From NCBI RefSeq assembly GCF_009914755.1, contig NC_060925.1: 64,000 nt of DNA; one strand, written 5' to 3'. Under the pieces are notes generated by a model that was given only the letters and a program-made list of their open reading frames with translations, did not search any database and was not told the origin of the DNA. Within the stretch, counting starts at the first letter, position 1; every line of letters begins with the position of its first letter. The DNA comes from the human T2T-CHM13v2.0 reference genome, Homo sapiens. This document shows, piece after piece, positions 34,014-51,191 of the stretch. The position numbers and the translations under genes were made by a program.

Positions 34014-34810
34014 TCAGTGGTCCTTAACCACTGAATCACCAGGAGAGTTCATTAAAATACAGGGACCCAGGCTTATTTTCCCAAGAGGGGGAAGGGTTAC
34101 AAACAAGCAACATTTGTCCCTTGCCTTGGCTGGCATTGGTGTACCAGAATATTAAGTCCTTATCCATGTGGTGCCAAAAATACCAAGAGGCCAAGTGATG
34201 TCGTGGGAAAGGCATGGGCTTCAGTGTCAGACAGGTCTGTGATGAAACTCGGCCCAGTCACTTGCTGGCTATATGACCTTGGGGAAGGCTTTTCATCTCT
34301 CTGAGCCTCAGTTTCCCTATTTGTGTGGTGCAAATCATTATAGCTGTCTTTTTGCTTGCAGCGAGGATTAATTTAGGGCCAGCAGTGCCCAGTGGTCAGC
34401 TAATGTGGTTAGGATGGAGCCCTCACTTCATTTGACACCAAGGCCTCTCACAACATGGGAAATAGAGCTTCTGGGAGCATCCTTGGGAGCAACTGGGCTG
34501 TCCAGCTGGCACTGAATGGAACTGAATTTTCTACAGGAGGAACAGCTGCCAGGTCATTGGTAAGCTGGTCACTGAGGATTGATGCCGGCTCAGAGATATC
34601 ACTAGTGGAGAAGCTGGTTGGAACAGAGATAGGCCGTAGGGAGGGGTCCATTGGCTTCTTGCTTACTACAAAATAAACTCCTTCTATTTCTGGGAGTTAG
34701 AACCCTTCATATTAACCTAAGGAGTATTCCCTCCATGCCAGTAGAACAAAAATCTCCCACCTAGGCTGCACCCTTTTGAAGAGGTAGATGAGTCCTATGA
34801 GTGGTGGGCC

Positions 34811-34854
34811 TGGTGGTGGTGGTGGTGGTGGTGGTGGTGGTGGTGGTGGTGGTG
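34811..34854. repeat. (TGG)n microsatellite, ~14 units
   Basis: Pure tgg repeat. Confidence 0.97.
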
Positions 34855-36399
34855 TTCCCTCCCACCTCATCAGGGGGAAGAATCACTTTGGAATCTCCCT
34901 CCATTCACTCTTTGATTTACAGTCTTATAAAGGAATGATTTAATTCTCAGCATTAAATGCACAGATTCACACACATTATACAAAAACCAATAATTCACAG
35001 GCAAGCCAGAAGAGATTCTGAGACTTAGTCTACAGAGATGACAGACACAGTGATTCTTTCCTCCCTATTTCCCATATTCCACCCCCAAATACCCTGCAGT
35101 AGTCCCCCATCTGTCCAGGTGAGGAGGAAGCCCTCAAAGAGGAAATCTCCCCTGCTGCTTCTAGCTCAAGATATGGCCAAATTTTATAAGATCTTTTTAG
35201 CCATAAGACATTCTAACAGGGGATACTGGGAATGGAGACAGAGGAGGGAGGCTTGGAAGTCAAGTTCAGCTTTCTTTGCAGTTGTTTCTTTGTTATTTAC
35301 ATTATGACTTTTCTTGTTTCTGAGCTGTTGTTGACATTTTGCCTTTATTCTGGCCATTGCTGCCTCCTACCCTGTTTCTAGGAGCACACACCTCACCTCT
35401 CTCTCTCAGTGTGCTAGAATGTAGCTCCTGGCCTGACTTATTCGTCTTTATATCCCCAGCACTTAGCACAGTTCCTGGCACCTCCACCTCCTCCATCATG
35501 ACTGTTGACTGTGTGGAATGGCTTGTTATTGCACTGGCAGTGAGACTCACTTAAAGAAGGTGGCTTTGTTATGGTTTCCCTAAAAGGTGGCTCTGTCCTT
35601 ATCTGGCTTGGCTGAACAGAGGGCAAATGGGACAGTGGGAGGAGAGGAATCAACAGTTTCCCAGTTTTTCCCCCAGGCAATGTGAAACACCTGGGATTTG
35701 GAACCTGAAACCTGAATTCAAGAGACCAAACTTCCACTAACTGGACGAACCTTGGGCCATTTACTCAAGCCCTCTGGACTTCAGTTTGTTTGTATCCTGG
35801 AAAATATAATAAGATTTTTCCCTTCCTGCCTTATAATCAAAGAAGCTGTGATGATGTAAGAAATAAGGTTTTGGAAAATGCTCTGTAAAGAACTGTGTGA
35901 ATGACAGCTATTATTTTTCATAAAGTGATTTCTTTGGTGGGTTCATAGTGTTGTAGCTCAAATGTATTAGGCACCTACTATGTCCTAGGCATAGTGTGAG
36001 GTGTTTCAAGAAGTACATAATCAAGATGTAAAAGGAGTGGCGTGAAGACAGCTCAAAGAAGGGAGCCATTCATAGACAGCACCCACCCCGGGGGGTGTCA
36101 TAGGTGCTTCTGTTGCGAAAACAGCCCAGAGCCTTTCATCCTTTAGAGTTTGAAGTAACATGGAAGGCATCCTCATTTGGCTTCAGGACACCCCCGGGCC
36201 AGTCTGTGAATGGCTCCCTTCTTCGGGCTGTCCTCATTTGCACCCAATGGTACTGGCCACCAACTCTAGGAATGTTGAGAATTAACCAAATACGATCTCT
36301 GCCGAAGCAACATATGGATCATGGAGACTGTGTGATTTCAATTATCAGTGTCTATTCTATTAATAATAGGTGTTGTAGGAGGAAAAAAAATAATAGTGT

Positions 36400-36620
36400 C
36401 AGCTAAAATTTGCTTTTACAAATAGGCCAGGCACTATTCCAAGTGATTTATATATATATATTCACTCATTTAATCTTTACAAGAATCCTACCAGGTAGGA
36501 TCTGGTGTTATCCTCATTTTACAGATGGGGGCACTGGGACACAGAATGTTTAAGTAACTTGCCCCAAGCCTCTCAGACTGGAGCTGGGGAGCCATAATTT
36601 GAACCCAGGTAGTCTTGCAC
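36400..36620 (-). mobile_element. MIR
   Basis: cattttacagatgggg...gttaagtaacttgccc...tttgaacccagg. Confidence 0.8.
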
Positions 36621-36850
36621 CAAAGAAAACGAGGCATGCTGCTAACCTTGACAGCAGCCTCTAGGACAGCCCATGGACTGTGCCCAGAAGGAAAAAAAGC
36701 ATACTCCGAATGACAAAATAAGCTCTGGATGACCTCTTACTGATCACCATCTTTTCCCCAACACAAACTCCAGAAATACCAGGTCATTAGCAATTATGCA
36801 AGGGTTGAGGAGGAAGGAGGTTTTCCACTCTTTATTCCATTTCATTATAC

Positions 36851-37213
<363 letters not shown>

Positions 37214-37225
37214 TAAGAACAACTT

Positions 37226-37540
37226 GGCCTGGCGCGGTGGCCCATGCCTGTAATCCCAGCACTTTGGGAGGCCAAGGCAGGCGGATCATGAGGTCAGGAG
37301 TTCGACACCAGGCTGGCCAATATGGTGAAACCCCATCTCTACTAAAAATACAAAAATTAGCCGGGCATGGTGGCGCGTGCCTGTATTCCCAGCTGCTCAG
37401 GAGGCTGAGGCAGAAGAATCACTTGAACCCAGGAGGCGAAGGTTGCAGTGAGCCGAACTCATGCCACTGCACTCTATCCTGGGTGACAGAGTGACTCTTA
37501 TAAAAAAAAAAAAAAAAAAAAAAACTAAAAAAAAAAAAAG
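37226..37540 (+). mobile_element. AluS (Sg-like)
   Basis: Full dimer, head-to-head with the preceding Alu. Confidence 0.92.
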
Positions 37541-37579
37541 ATAAAATCATGACTCTCCTACAGATATAAAATGAAGACA

Positions 37580-37935
37580 TCACTATGGTTTGAATATGTC
37601 CCCTAAAAAGCGTATGCTGGAAACTGAATTCCCAGTGCAACAGTGTTGGGAGGTGGAGTGGAGCCTGATGGTGGGTGTTTAGGTCATGAGGGCTCCACCA
37701 TCATGAATGGATTAATGCTGACTGTGAAAAGACTCGCTGCTGCCAGTCTGAGCTCTCATTCTCATCACGTGATGTCTTCTGCTGTGTTACGATGCAGCAA
37801 GGAGGCCCTCACCAGATGCAGCCCCTGAATCTTGGGCTTTCCAGCTTTTAGAACTGTAAGCCAAATACATTTCTGTTCATTACAAATTACTCAGCCTGTG
37901 GTATTCTGTTATAGCAGCATAAAATGGACTAAGGC
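37580..37935 (+). mobile_element. MaLR solo LTR (MSTC/MSTD-like)
   Basis: ctatggtttgaatatgtcccc...atggactaaggca. Confidence 0.85.
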
Positions 37936-37948
37936 ACACATGTTAGGG

Positions 37949-38244
<296 letters not shown>

Positions 38245-38394
38245 ACATGTTAGGGATTTTTAAAACTCAGAACTGGATTGAATTTGGGGCTTTGCTGCTT
38301 ACTAGCTGTAGTAACTTAAATGCATTTCTTAACCTATAAAAAGGAGATAGATACCACATGGACAGCAGTGAAGATTAAATGAACCAACCTATGG

Positions 38395-38860
38395 CTATGA
38401 GGAAGATTTCTGATGCAGGTAACAGAGCCCCCAACTTAATATGATATAACACAATAATAAATTATTATATCACATGCTAGGAAGTCCAGAAATATCTCAG
38501 GCTCCAGGGGAGAATACTCGGTTCCGCCCTCCCGTAGGTGTTACATTCATCCTTAGGTTGATAACAAGATAACTGTAAGAGTTTCAGGAATCTCATCTAG
38601 AAATAAAAACCAGAGAGAAAGGTCATCTCTTTCTGTGTCTCTTTCACACAATCTTTCTTTTCCAGAACTTTCCTTCATGCTTCATTGGCCAGTGTTTTGT
38701 TATTTGACCTTTCCTCAACAAGTCCTTGGCAAGGGAGATGGAAATATCATGACTGGCTTAGACTAATCAATACTTACTTTCGGAATTGGAATGGGGTCAC
38801 CTTTCTCTGGGTTTCAAAAGGAAACAATAGATGAACAAAATTGAGGTTCTGTTAGCTAAA
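38395..38860 (-). mobile_element. Old MaLR LTR (MLT1J/K-like)
   Basis: tcattggccag...ggcttagactaatca...aacaaaattgaggttctgttag. Confidence 0.55.
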
Positions 38861-39552
38861 ATGGAAGAATGGAGAAATAGAAGTTGAGTAGGCCACCCGT
38901 AGGTTCCACTATCATCAGCAAATGCCCAGTATAAAGATTAATACCCAGCAGGTATATGTCCAAGAAATGTTAGTCATCACTTTTCTCAGTGACACCTGAA
39001 CGTGATGTACAAAGACTGGTTTGAAGGCACATCTTCATGCAGCTCTTAACTCAGAAATCAAGTCATCTGACAGGTGCCGATGAAAATTTTTTCAGAAACT
39101 TCAGATGGACAGCTTCCAGAAGTAGATGCTGGCTCTTCACAACTTGCCGCACATTGCACAGCACATTACGTTGCCAAGCAGGTATCTTGGGATTGGTGGG
39201 TTGCTCCTTCTGCTTAGAGGCCCCAAGCATCTGGTGTTTCTCTCTTCTGTGTTGGCGGATCCTCTGAACTTTGATACAGTCTTCATTCCACAATTGGCAA
39301 AGAAAATCTCCTCTGGGATACAGCCCACACACGCCTCACGCCTGGGGAGGCATGACTCCCGGCCCTGTCCTTTCACTTCAAATGAAATATAATAAATATG
39401 AAAGGAAACCAAAAGACAGGCAGACAAAAAGCATACTCAGAAAGACAGAATGAGAAAACACATATACGCTCACAAAAGCAAGGGAGAACAAAAGAGGGCA
39501 AAGGGCAGACATCTCTGTGTCCACTGGAGCTCTGAGGAATCAGAATTTCTAA

Positions 39553-39896
<344 letters not shown>

Positions 39897-40345
39897 TAAA
39901 GATTTATGAGTTATCCTCTCCTTCCTGATAGCCCTCTTTTCAGCAGTTACTTTATTCGTATTGAGGCAGGAGGATGAACAAAGGATCTTTCCTCCTCAAG
40001 AAACACCCCCTCCTTCCTCAGTTCCACACCCCTGCCCTAAGAATCCATGACTCCAGGAAATATTTTCAGATAAAACAATTCCAGTTACTGGAAAAGTGCA
40101 AGGCTTTCCTCTGTGGGTTTACAACAGCCTGGCCTCTGACCCACCAATAAAAGAGATTTACTAAGTGATAGTAACACCTTTCATGTAGTCTCAACATGAG
40201 GCAAGTCACTTTATCTGTCTCAATCCAGGCTCCTCAGGCTCATAATGGTGAAGGTTGGAATGGATTAGTGGTTTTGAGTGTATGTGCGTATGTTTGTATG
40301 TACATGCATATTAAACTATGTACATCGTATATAGTTTATGTATAT

Positions 40346-40545
40346 GACCCTCCTTCACAGGGGCTCTGAAGGGAAATGGTGACCCTAAGGAGACCCATTT
40401 CTCTTCTCTGCTTTCCTTTGTCCCCTTGGTAATGACTTATCTCCTTCCTTCCCACACTGGGGCACCTGACTTAGTACAGACTCTTCTTCCTTCAAGGCAT
40501 CTAGCTCAAAGGACTTGCCTCCCCTCCTTTTTACATGGGGAGCTA
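40346..40545 (+). repeat. Copy 2 of the ~200-bp inverted duplication
   Basis: Matches the reverse complement of 32221-32416; enclosed by the direct repeat catattaaac (40307-40316, 40549-40558). Confidence 0.95.
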
Positions 40546-41028
40546 TTACATATTAAACAACAGAACATCATTTCAAATGCCAACATCTTATGTGGCACTT
40601 CAACATAAAAACAGGTAAAGGCAAGTGCTTTAATTGAAGGAAGGTGAGCATGGAAGGAGTGGAGTAAGAGCAGGAGGAGTCTTTGAAATCCTTATCTTTG
40701 GCCACAGCAGCCTCTTGAAGTGTGGCCCCAGGTGGGGCTTCCTAGGGCAATTTGATAACCATTGATCTAGCTACTCTCTAAGGCATTGTAGATCTAAAAC
40801 ACAAAGGTCTTGCTCTGTCTTTATCAAAAAGAAAGTCTGATTCCTCCCTGTGGATTCACACAGTAGCACAACATACCTTGAAGTGGAGAAGGAAGACAAG
40901 AGCCAGGAGGGCAAAAATCTCCTTCCTAACTCCATTTCTATCTTCTTTGGAATTCTGAAAAAAAACAAACAACAACAAAAAAAAGATAGTGAATGGTACA
41001 GGGAATAATATAACTCATACCTACCACC

Positions 41029-41530
41029 TGTAAGGTTAGCGGAGAGAAAGTACAAGAAAGAGACCCAAGGTTAAGTGAGGAAGTTTATTAACCTACTGGC
41101 TGCCCACTTAACAGTCAGAGAGGAAGCAGCCCCAAGCTTACAGAATGAGGGGTTTATATTGGGGAGGGGAGTTTGAGGGAGTTCTTTGGTGTGGCCACAT
41201 CCCAAGGTTGTTTGCTGGTTAATTTTGCCACATATCACCTTGTGACGTTTATTACAGGAGGGTGTAGGTAAAGTTTGTTTATGCTTCCCATGACCTCCCC
41301 CTTTGCTGTCTGGATGGTTTGTAATTGGAGTTTGCTTATTACAGCAAGGTCTGGTAAGTGAAATCTGCTGGCTTCACCGCGGTGCCTAGATAAGGGCTTA
41401 GAAATGTAAAGTGACTTGGGGGAAGGAGAAGAGTTGCAGAGCGTTAGGGGGAGAGGTGGGCAGCACGGAGAGGTTTGAAGGGGAGTGTCGGCAGTACCAA
41501 GAAGCTTTTGGGGGCAGTTTGTTTCTAACA
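41029..41530 (-). mobile_element. ERVL-class solo LTR (LTR32-like)
   Basis: TG...CA termini; perfect 5-bp TSD ccacc (41024-41028, 41531-41535); aataaa on the minus strand; family name from recall. Confidence 0.8.
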
Positions 41531-41551
41531 CCACCCATAATCATAAAATGA

Positions 41552-42087
<536 letters not shown>

Positions 42088-42179
42088 TAAAGTAAAGAAA
42101 ACCTGGCAGATGAAGTTCTCTTAGTTCATCACTCTAATCCTATTTTCCTCCTTCTCTCTTCAGTTAAACGCTACCATGA

Positions 42180-42980
<801 letters not shown>

Positions 42981-43170
42981 TCCACGTTTTTTACTTGGAC
43001 TAGTTGGATAGACACATAGAAATAGAGAAGATAATTTTGTTTTATGTACAGTCACCTGATGTTTTTGAGAATATCCATTTGACATGTAAATATTGAATTC
43101 ATCCAGTTTAATTGCAATATGGTATTTTGTCATGACTGTACCACAGTTTGTTTATGTAAGTCTCTAAAAT

Positions 43171-43836
<666 letters not shown>

Positions 43837-44349
43837 ATAACACATGTTTATTCTAGTTGATTCTGTGGCTAGTTGGGTGATTCTTCTGGTCTGAACTTGT
43901 TTGGTTGGGGCTGGATGGTCTAGGAGGGCCCCACTCATATGTCTGGCCTCATGTGGAATCCCAGGACTGTGGGTAGGGCTGGAGCTTCTTTCCGTGTAGT
44001 GCTACCAGGAACAGCTTGTTGACATGGTGCCAGAAGGGTTCCCACAAGCAAGAGCCTCTGCTTGCATGACATTTGCTATCATCCCGTTGGCCAAAGAAGG
44101 TCATATAGCCAAGCCCAAATTCAGCAGGTAGAGAAACAGACTCTACTGCTTTTTGAGAAGCGGGGCAAAATCACATTGCAAAGGAGCATGCATGCAGAGA
44201 GACAAGATAAATTGGAGGGTATTACTGTAACAACCTAACTTAGCTGATAATAAGAATCCAGCTTCTAGTGTGCTTAGAAATCTCAAAATTCATCTCAATT
44301 CAAAAAGTATGCTCATTTTCAACTATGGTCTCTGCATGCCGTAAAACTT

Positions 44350-44775
44350 AACTTCTTGTGGCATGCCAGGCTACTTCCCCCAGGAGCCTTTCCCGTGCTG
44401 TTTGCTCTGCCTGGAATGCTCCTCCCCTCTCTGTGCCAGGCTAATTATTATATTTCCTTTAAGTCCCTTCCTAAAGTCACTTCCTTAGGGAGCCTTTCCT
44501 GACTCTTCAGACCAGGCCAGGTCTCCTGTTCTACACACTCAGGGCACCACAGATGCTGTATTTACAGCACGTACCACCACTGTCATGAATTACTTTGTTG
44601 TACAATTATTTGTTTAATATCAGTCTCTCTCTCTTTCAACCTCAACCAAAGGAGCTCCAGGGCAGAGACTGGGTCTATCTTGTTCACTGCTGAATTGCCA
44701 GCATCTAATACAATGTCTAGCATGGAGTAAGTGCTCAGAATTGGAGGAATAAATGGATGAACCTATGAATGAATG
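44350..44775 (+). mobile_element. L2 3' fragment
   Basis: ctctgcctggaatgctc...agggcagagactgggtctatcttgttcactgc...taagtgctca. Confidence 0.7.
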
Positions 44776-45419
44776 GCCTGCAATGTGCTCAGCATGGAAT
44801 AGGCCTGTTTAAAAACAGGTTGGAGTAGCAGATATGGAAAACTGCAACCTGGTGGGGAGTGAAGACTGAGTTGTACAAAATGATTGAGAACAACTCAGAA
44901 CCAAATAGAGGGTGAAATACCAGATGCTGGGCTGCAAATGCCATGGAGATTGGGAAGAAGGGATCAGGATAGATCAGGTGGTCACAGAAGGTCATAGAAG
45001 GTAGCATTTGAGTGAGGTCCAGAGGAGGAGCAAGATTTCGAGGCAAGGATTTAGAGGAGGAGCAGGACTTAGAGGCAGTTTGTAAGGAGGCTAATATATT
45101 AAGGTCATGAGTTTGCTCCTCTGTAGTTCCTATTCTACTCATATCCTCATAAGCTCTTTATCATAAGAGAAAGTAGGCAGGAGAGTAAGGGGAGACGGTT
45201 CAGTGGAGCCAGTCCTACTGTTATTGAAACAGCTCCAGGAGGTTATGTTTCAGAGGAAACTGCAAAGTTGTGTCATCCACACATGCAAAAAACAGCTCAT
45301 TTAGAGACCAGAGAGATTCCTTTGAGCCACTGAAACAGAACAACGGTAAACATCTGCTTCTACTCTTCTGGAAACATTGTGGTTTGGATGCTCTGTCTGT
45401 CACTCCTCTGCTCTTTTGC

Positions 45420-45840
45420 TTTTAACTATTTATTATGAAAACTTCCAAACCTACACAAAGAAAAGAGTTTAAGAAATTCCATCACCAACTTCAAAAAACA
45501 TCAATACTTTGTCACATTTGTTCCATGTCTCTCCCTCCCAACCCTAAGTTTTTTTTTCTCCTGAAGCATTTTAGAGCAAATCCTAGATACCATGTTATAA
45601 CACTCCGAAATACTTCAATACAGATATCTAAAAGAAATAAGGGCATTTTCTTATGTAACCACAACACCTTTTCATACCCAACAAAATAAAGCATAATTTG
45701 TCAACATTCTTTAACACCCAGTTCATATTCAAAATTTCTTGATTGTCTAAAAAAATGTCTTTTTACAGTTGGTTTCTTTGAATCAGAACCTAAACAAGAT
45801 CCTCACATTAATTTAATATCTCTTAAATCTCTTTAAATCT
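45420..45840 (-). mobile_element. Old L1M 3' fragment (L1MC/ME-like)
   Basis: attatgaaaacttccaaacctacaca...aagggcattttcttatgtaaccacaa. Confidence 0.65.
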
Positions 45841-46223
45841 AGACTTTGGACGTTCTCTTTCAGCTGGGGCTTTCTTTACCAACAACCAGCCTCAGCCCTC
45901 GCAGTCTTTATCTCGCTCCTGGATTGGCAGGGAGCTGAAAGATCAGAAGCAGGAGGAATGAAGTCAACACAGTGAGAGGGTGGGAGGGATGGTGTGAGTA
46001 TCAGATGCCTAAGATCTTATGAAAAAAAATTCCTAATCAGCTTCAGAAGAAACAGATTAGAATAAGAGACTCTTAAGAACTGGAGTTGACCTGCATGCTC
46101 TCCTAACACCTAAGAATGTCAAGAATTTACAGAGATTATAAGAGGCTGATTCCTGTGGGCAAGAGAGGGAGGGCAACAGAAAGGAAATCACGATGAATCT
46201 AATGGACAACATACAAGCATCGG

Positions 46224-46400
46224 CAGGACCTAATTTACAGGGCCCAGTGCAAGATAAAAGTCTCAGAGCCCTTGTTCAAAAATTATTAGGAATTTCAAGA
46301 TGGCAATAGCGGTGCATCGAACCAAGCACAGGGCCCTTCAAAGCACAGAGACCTGTGTGACTCCACAGGTTACATGCCTGCCTTTGTGAAACTGGCCCTG
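46224..46400 (-). mobile_element. MER91A-like hAT MITE
   Basis: cccttgttcaaaaattattaggaatttcaagatggc...actggccctg. Confidence 0.8.
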
Positions 46401-46804
46401 TGCAATGGGTGGCCGAGTCTAGGAGGCCCCAGGGAGTTGTCCTACAAGATAATACTCTACCAACACATGTCTCGTTTGCATTTCAGAGACAAGCAAAGGC
46501 AGTGGGAATTGTTTCCATATCTCTAGTCACCACCAGCATCTCAGACTTGTCAGGATGTCTAGGGATGGTGAATGGCTTTTAGAGGTCATAGAGATCCACG
46601 CTGCATAATTGAATTCTAAACCATGGATAGTGGTGGGTTTGGACCCTCTGGCCTTTATGCTTGTCTCTGTGAGTATAGGCTCTAGAGCCAGAATGCCTGG
46701 GGTCATAGCCAGGCTCTATCACTGTGTAACCTTGGTCAGTTACTTGACCTCTCTGTGCCTGTTTTCTCATCTATTAAATGGGGTTAATAAAGATACCTAC
46801 CTCA

Positions 46805-47141
<337 letters not shown>

Positions 47142-48360
47142 CTACCTCAAAGGATTGTTGAATATTAAATTGGTTTATATTTGCTGCACATGGCAAGCAC
47201 GATGTGTTTGTTAAAACAAGATAAATCCAGAGGCTAGAGCTGTACAGGTCCAGGCAGATATCTGGTAATGGTGAAACCTTCAGGATGAACTGACTCTGCT
47301 TTTCTAGGGGAGAGAGGCTGTGCCTACATCCTGATCCAGCTCCCCAAAAACATACACAATGGTCATTCACTCAGTAAGTGTTCATCAAGTGCCTACCATG
47401 TATCAGGCACTCACTGAGTAGAGAGTGAGCCAGGCATGGTTCTGTTCCTTAAGGTGCTGACCTCTAGCATAGGGAGGGCTCCACCTGCAAAGTCAGTTGT
47501 GCCTCTAGGTCTAGGAGCAGACCTTGTTCCAGGTAGGAGGAAGGAGATACTCTCAGCCAGTAGCCCATCAACGAGGTAGTTCTGCAGCTAGTAAGCATGA
47601 TTTGACTTCAGTATCCTGAGTCCTTGTTCCCAGTCTGCTTTATGATATTCTGCTTTGACCAAACACCTGCCTAATAATTCAGCATTTCCCATCTAAGATT
47701 CAGTATTTTATTTCCTGCCCCAAAACTCAGACACTCCCAGTCTGACTTCTAATCCCTGCTGTTGAAACCCCTGAGATGCTGTTACCTGCTTCGCTCCTCC
47801 CCTTCTTTGAAGGGGTTCTCAGGACCTTGAATTTGGTTTGGGCCACCATTGGTTAACAGTGATCGTGTCGTTAAGAAAGACAATGGAGAAGGTGGCTGGG
47901 GCACAATGCCAGGACTTTTTATGGCCTTCTCAGGCTGTCCTGGGCCCATGTGTGTCCATCTCTCCAGTAACTAGTCTCTGACCCTGTCCTCATGTCCTTA
48001 ACACCTGGCCACTCCTTGACTGCACAGCTGCACAGACTTAGATTCCCATCTCACCAACATTCAAGCCCAGGATCTGAAGGATTCCGGTAGGGGAGGCTGC
48101 AGGAGCCCTTAGGAATGTCAGTTTGACATTGAAACAAGTTTTTTCCCTCAACTAACAAATTCTTGGCCCTCTGCTAAGGCCTTTGAGGGGGAGTTTGTGG
48201 CAGGATGGCCATGGGAGGATAATGCAGAGTCATGGAGATGGAAGGAGGGTCATGGATAAAGACACCAGCTGCTTTCCTTTGGCTGACATCAACCCTGAGG
48301 CCATTCTGAAACTGCTTTACTTGGCAGCCTGGAGACACTGCCTAGAATATCACCATCCCA

Positions 48361-48686
<326 letters not shown>

Positions 48687-48958
48687 CTAGCTGAAGGCCT
48701 CCAGGCAACTGGACTCTTCAGATAGCTGGTGATAACAAATGGCAGGTGGAAGCCAAGGGAGAACTTTTCACATATCCTTCATCTTCCCCAATCTCATTTT
48801 AGAATTTCTGAAGTAGTGACAATTGGGGGGAAAAAAGTTTCTCCAGGGTCACTTTGGAAGAAGCAATGTATATTAATTTTCTCCTTTATAGCCACTGAAT
48901 GATGGCAGGTTAGAGAGTGGCAGGTCCTGTTGATGAAGTATTAATATTACTGCAACAG

Positions 48959-49194
<236 letters not shown>

Positions 49195-49441
49195 TTACTG
49201 CAACAGCAGAGAGCCAGACCCCACAAGGGTGATGGCAAGAAAATTGGTGAGGAATTCGATGCGTAAATCTTGGGTTGCCTCTGAATCCTTTGGCCCTGGG
49301 GAGGGAGAGCAGAGCCCACCCTGAGAAGAGGCCAAGCAAGAGGACAGACAATGGGGAAGGAGGCCAGGTCACAGTGCCAGGACGTTTTATCCTATTAGGC
49401 CACTGCATTCCTGCAACTTCTGAATATACAACCTAAATCTT

Positions 49442-49497
49442 TTTTTTTTTTTTCTTGAGACGGAGTCTCACACTGTCACCTGGGCTGGAGTGCAGTG
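49442..49497 (-). mobile_element. Alu 3' stub (broken by an inversion)
   Basis: Tail plus ttgagacggagtctc...ggagtgcagtg, then an abrupt switch to (TG)n. Confidence 0.9.
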
Positions 49498-49538
49498 TGT
49501 GTGTGTGTGTGTGTGTGTATAGTGTATTTTAGGATGTA

Positions 49539-49848
<310 letters not shown>

Positions 49849-50319
49849 TTAAAATTTTGTCCTATTAAACTATAATATGCCTTAGGGAAGTCACATTTTT
49901 TAATTCTCTCCCACCCTTCCATTAGCCCTTGGCTGTTGTTTAGGAGATAATTTTGATTAATTAATTTGTTGACTGACCCTTTAAGATATCAACATCAATT
50001 GTTTTAAAATCTTAGTTTATAGAAAAAATGTTAGCCTAAAGACTGACTCCATTTGTCCCTCATACAGAAGCCAAGAGTTTCTGTTAAGATTTAGGTTGTA
50101 TAGGCCGGGTGCCTATATATCCATATATACATATGTGTGTGTGTGTGTGTGTGTGTGTATCTATATATATATCTCCAGGAAGAGAGAAATGTAATAATTT
50201 ATAGGCAATATAGAATACATTGTTCTGTGGTAGCAGAACTCTTTCCTATGGAGTGTTGAGGATGACTTGGAAAAAGCAGAATTTGGCCTTGCTGGTTGGG
50301 GGACTTAGATTATGAAGCA

Positions 50320-51191
<872 letters not shown>

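Noticed and set aside
39037-39427. Overlapping ORFs in several frames; possible minus-strand exon
   Set aside because: No recognisable domain. A lncRNA exon cannot be excluded without RNA-seq, but the sequence alone does not support one.
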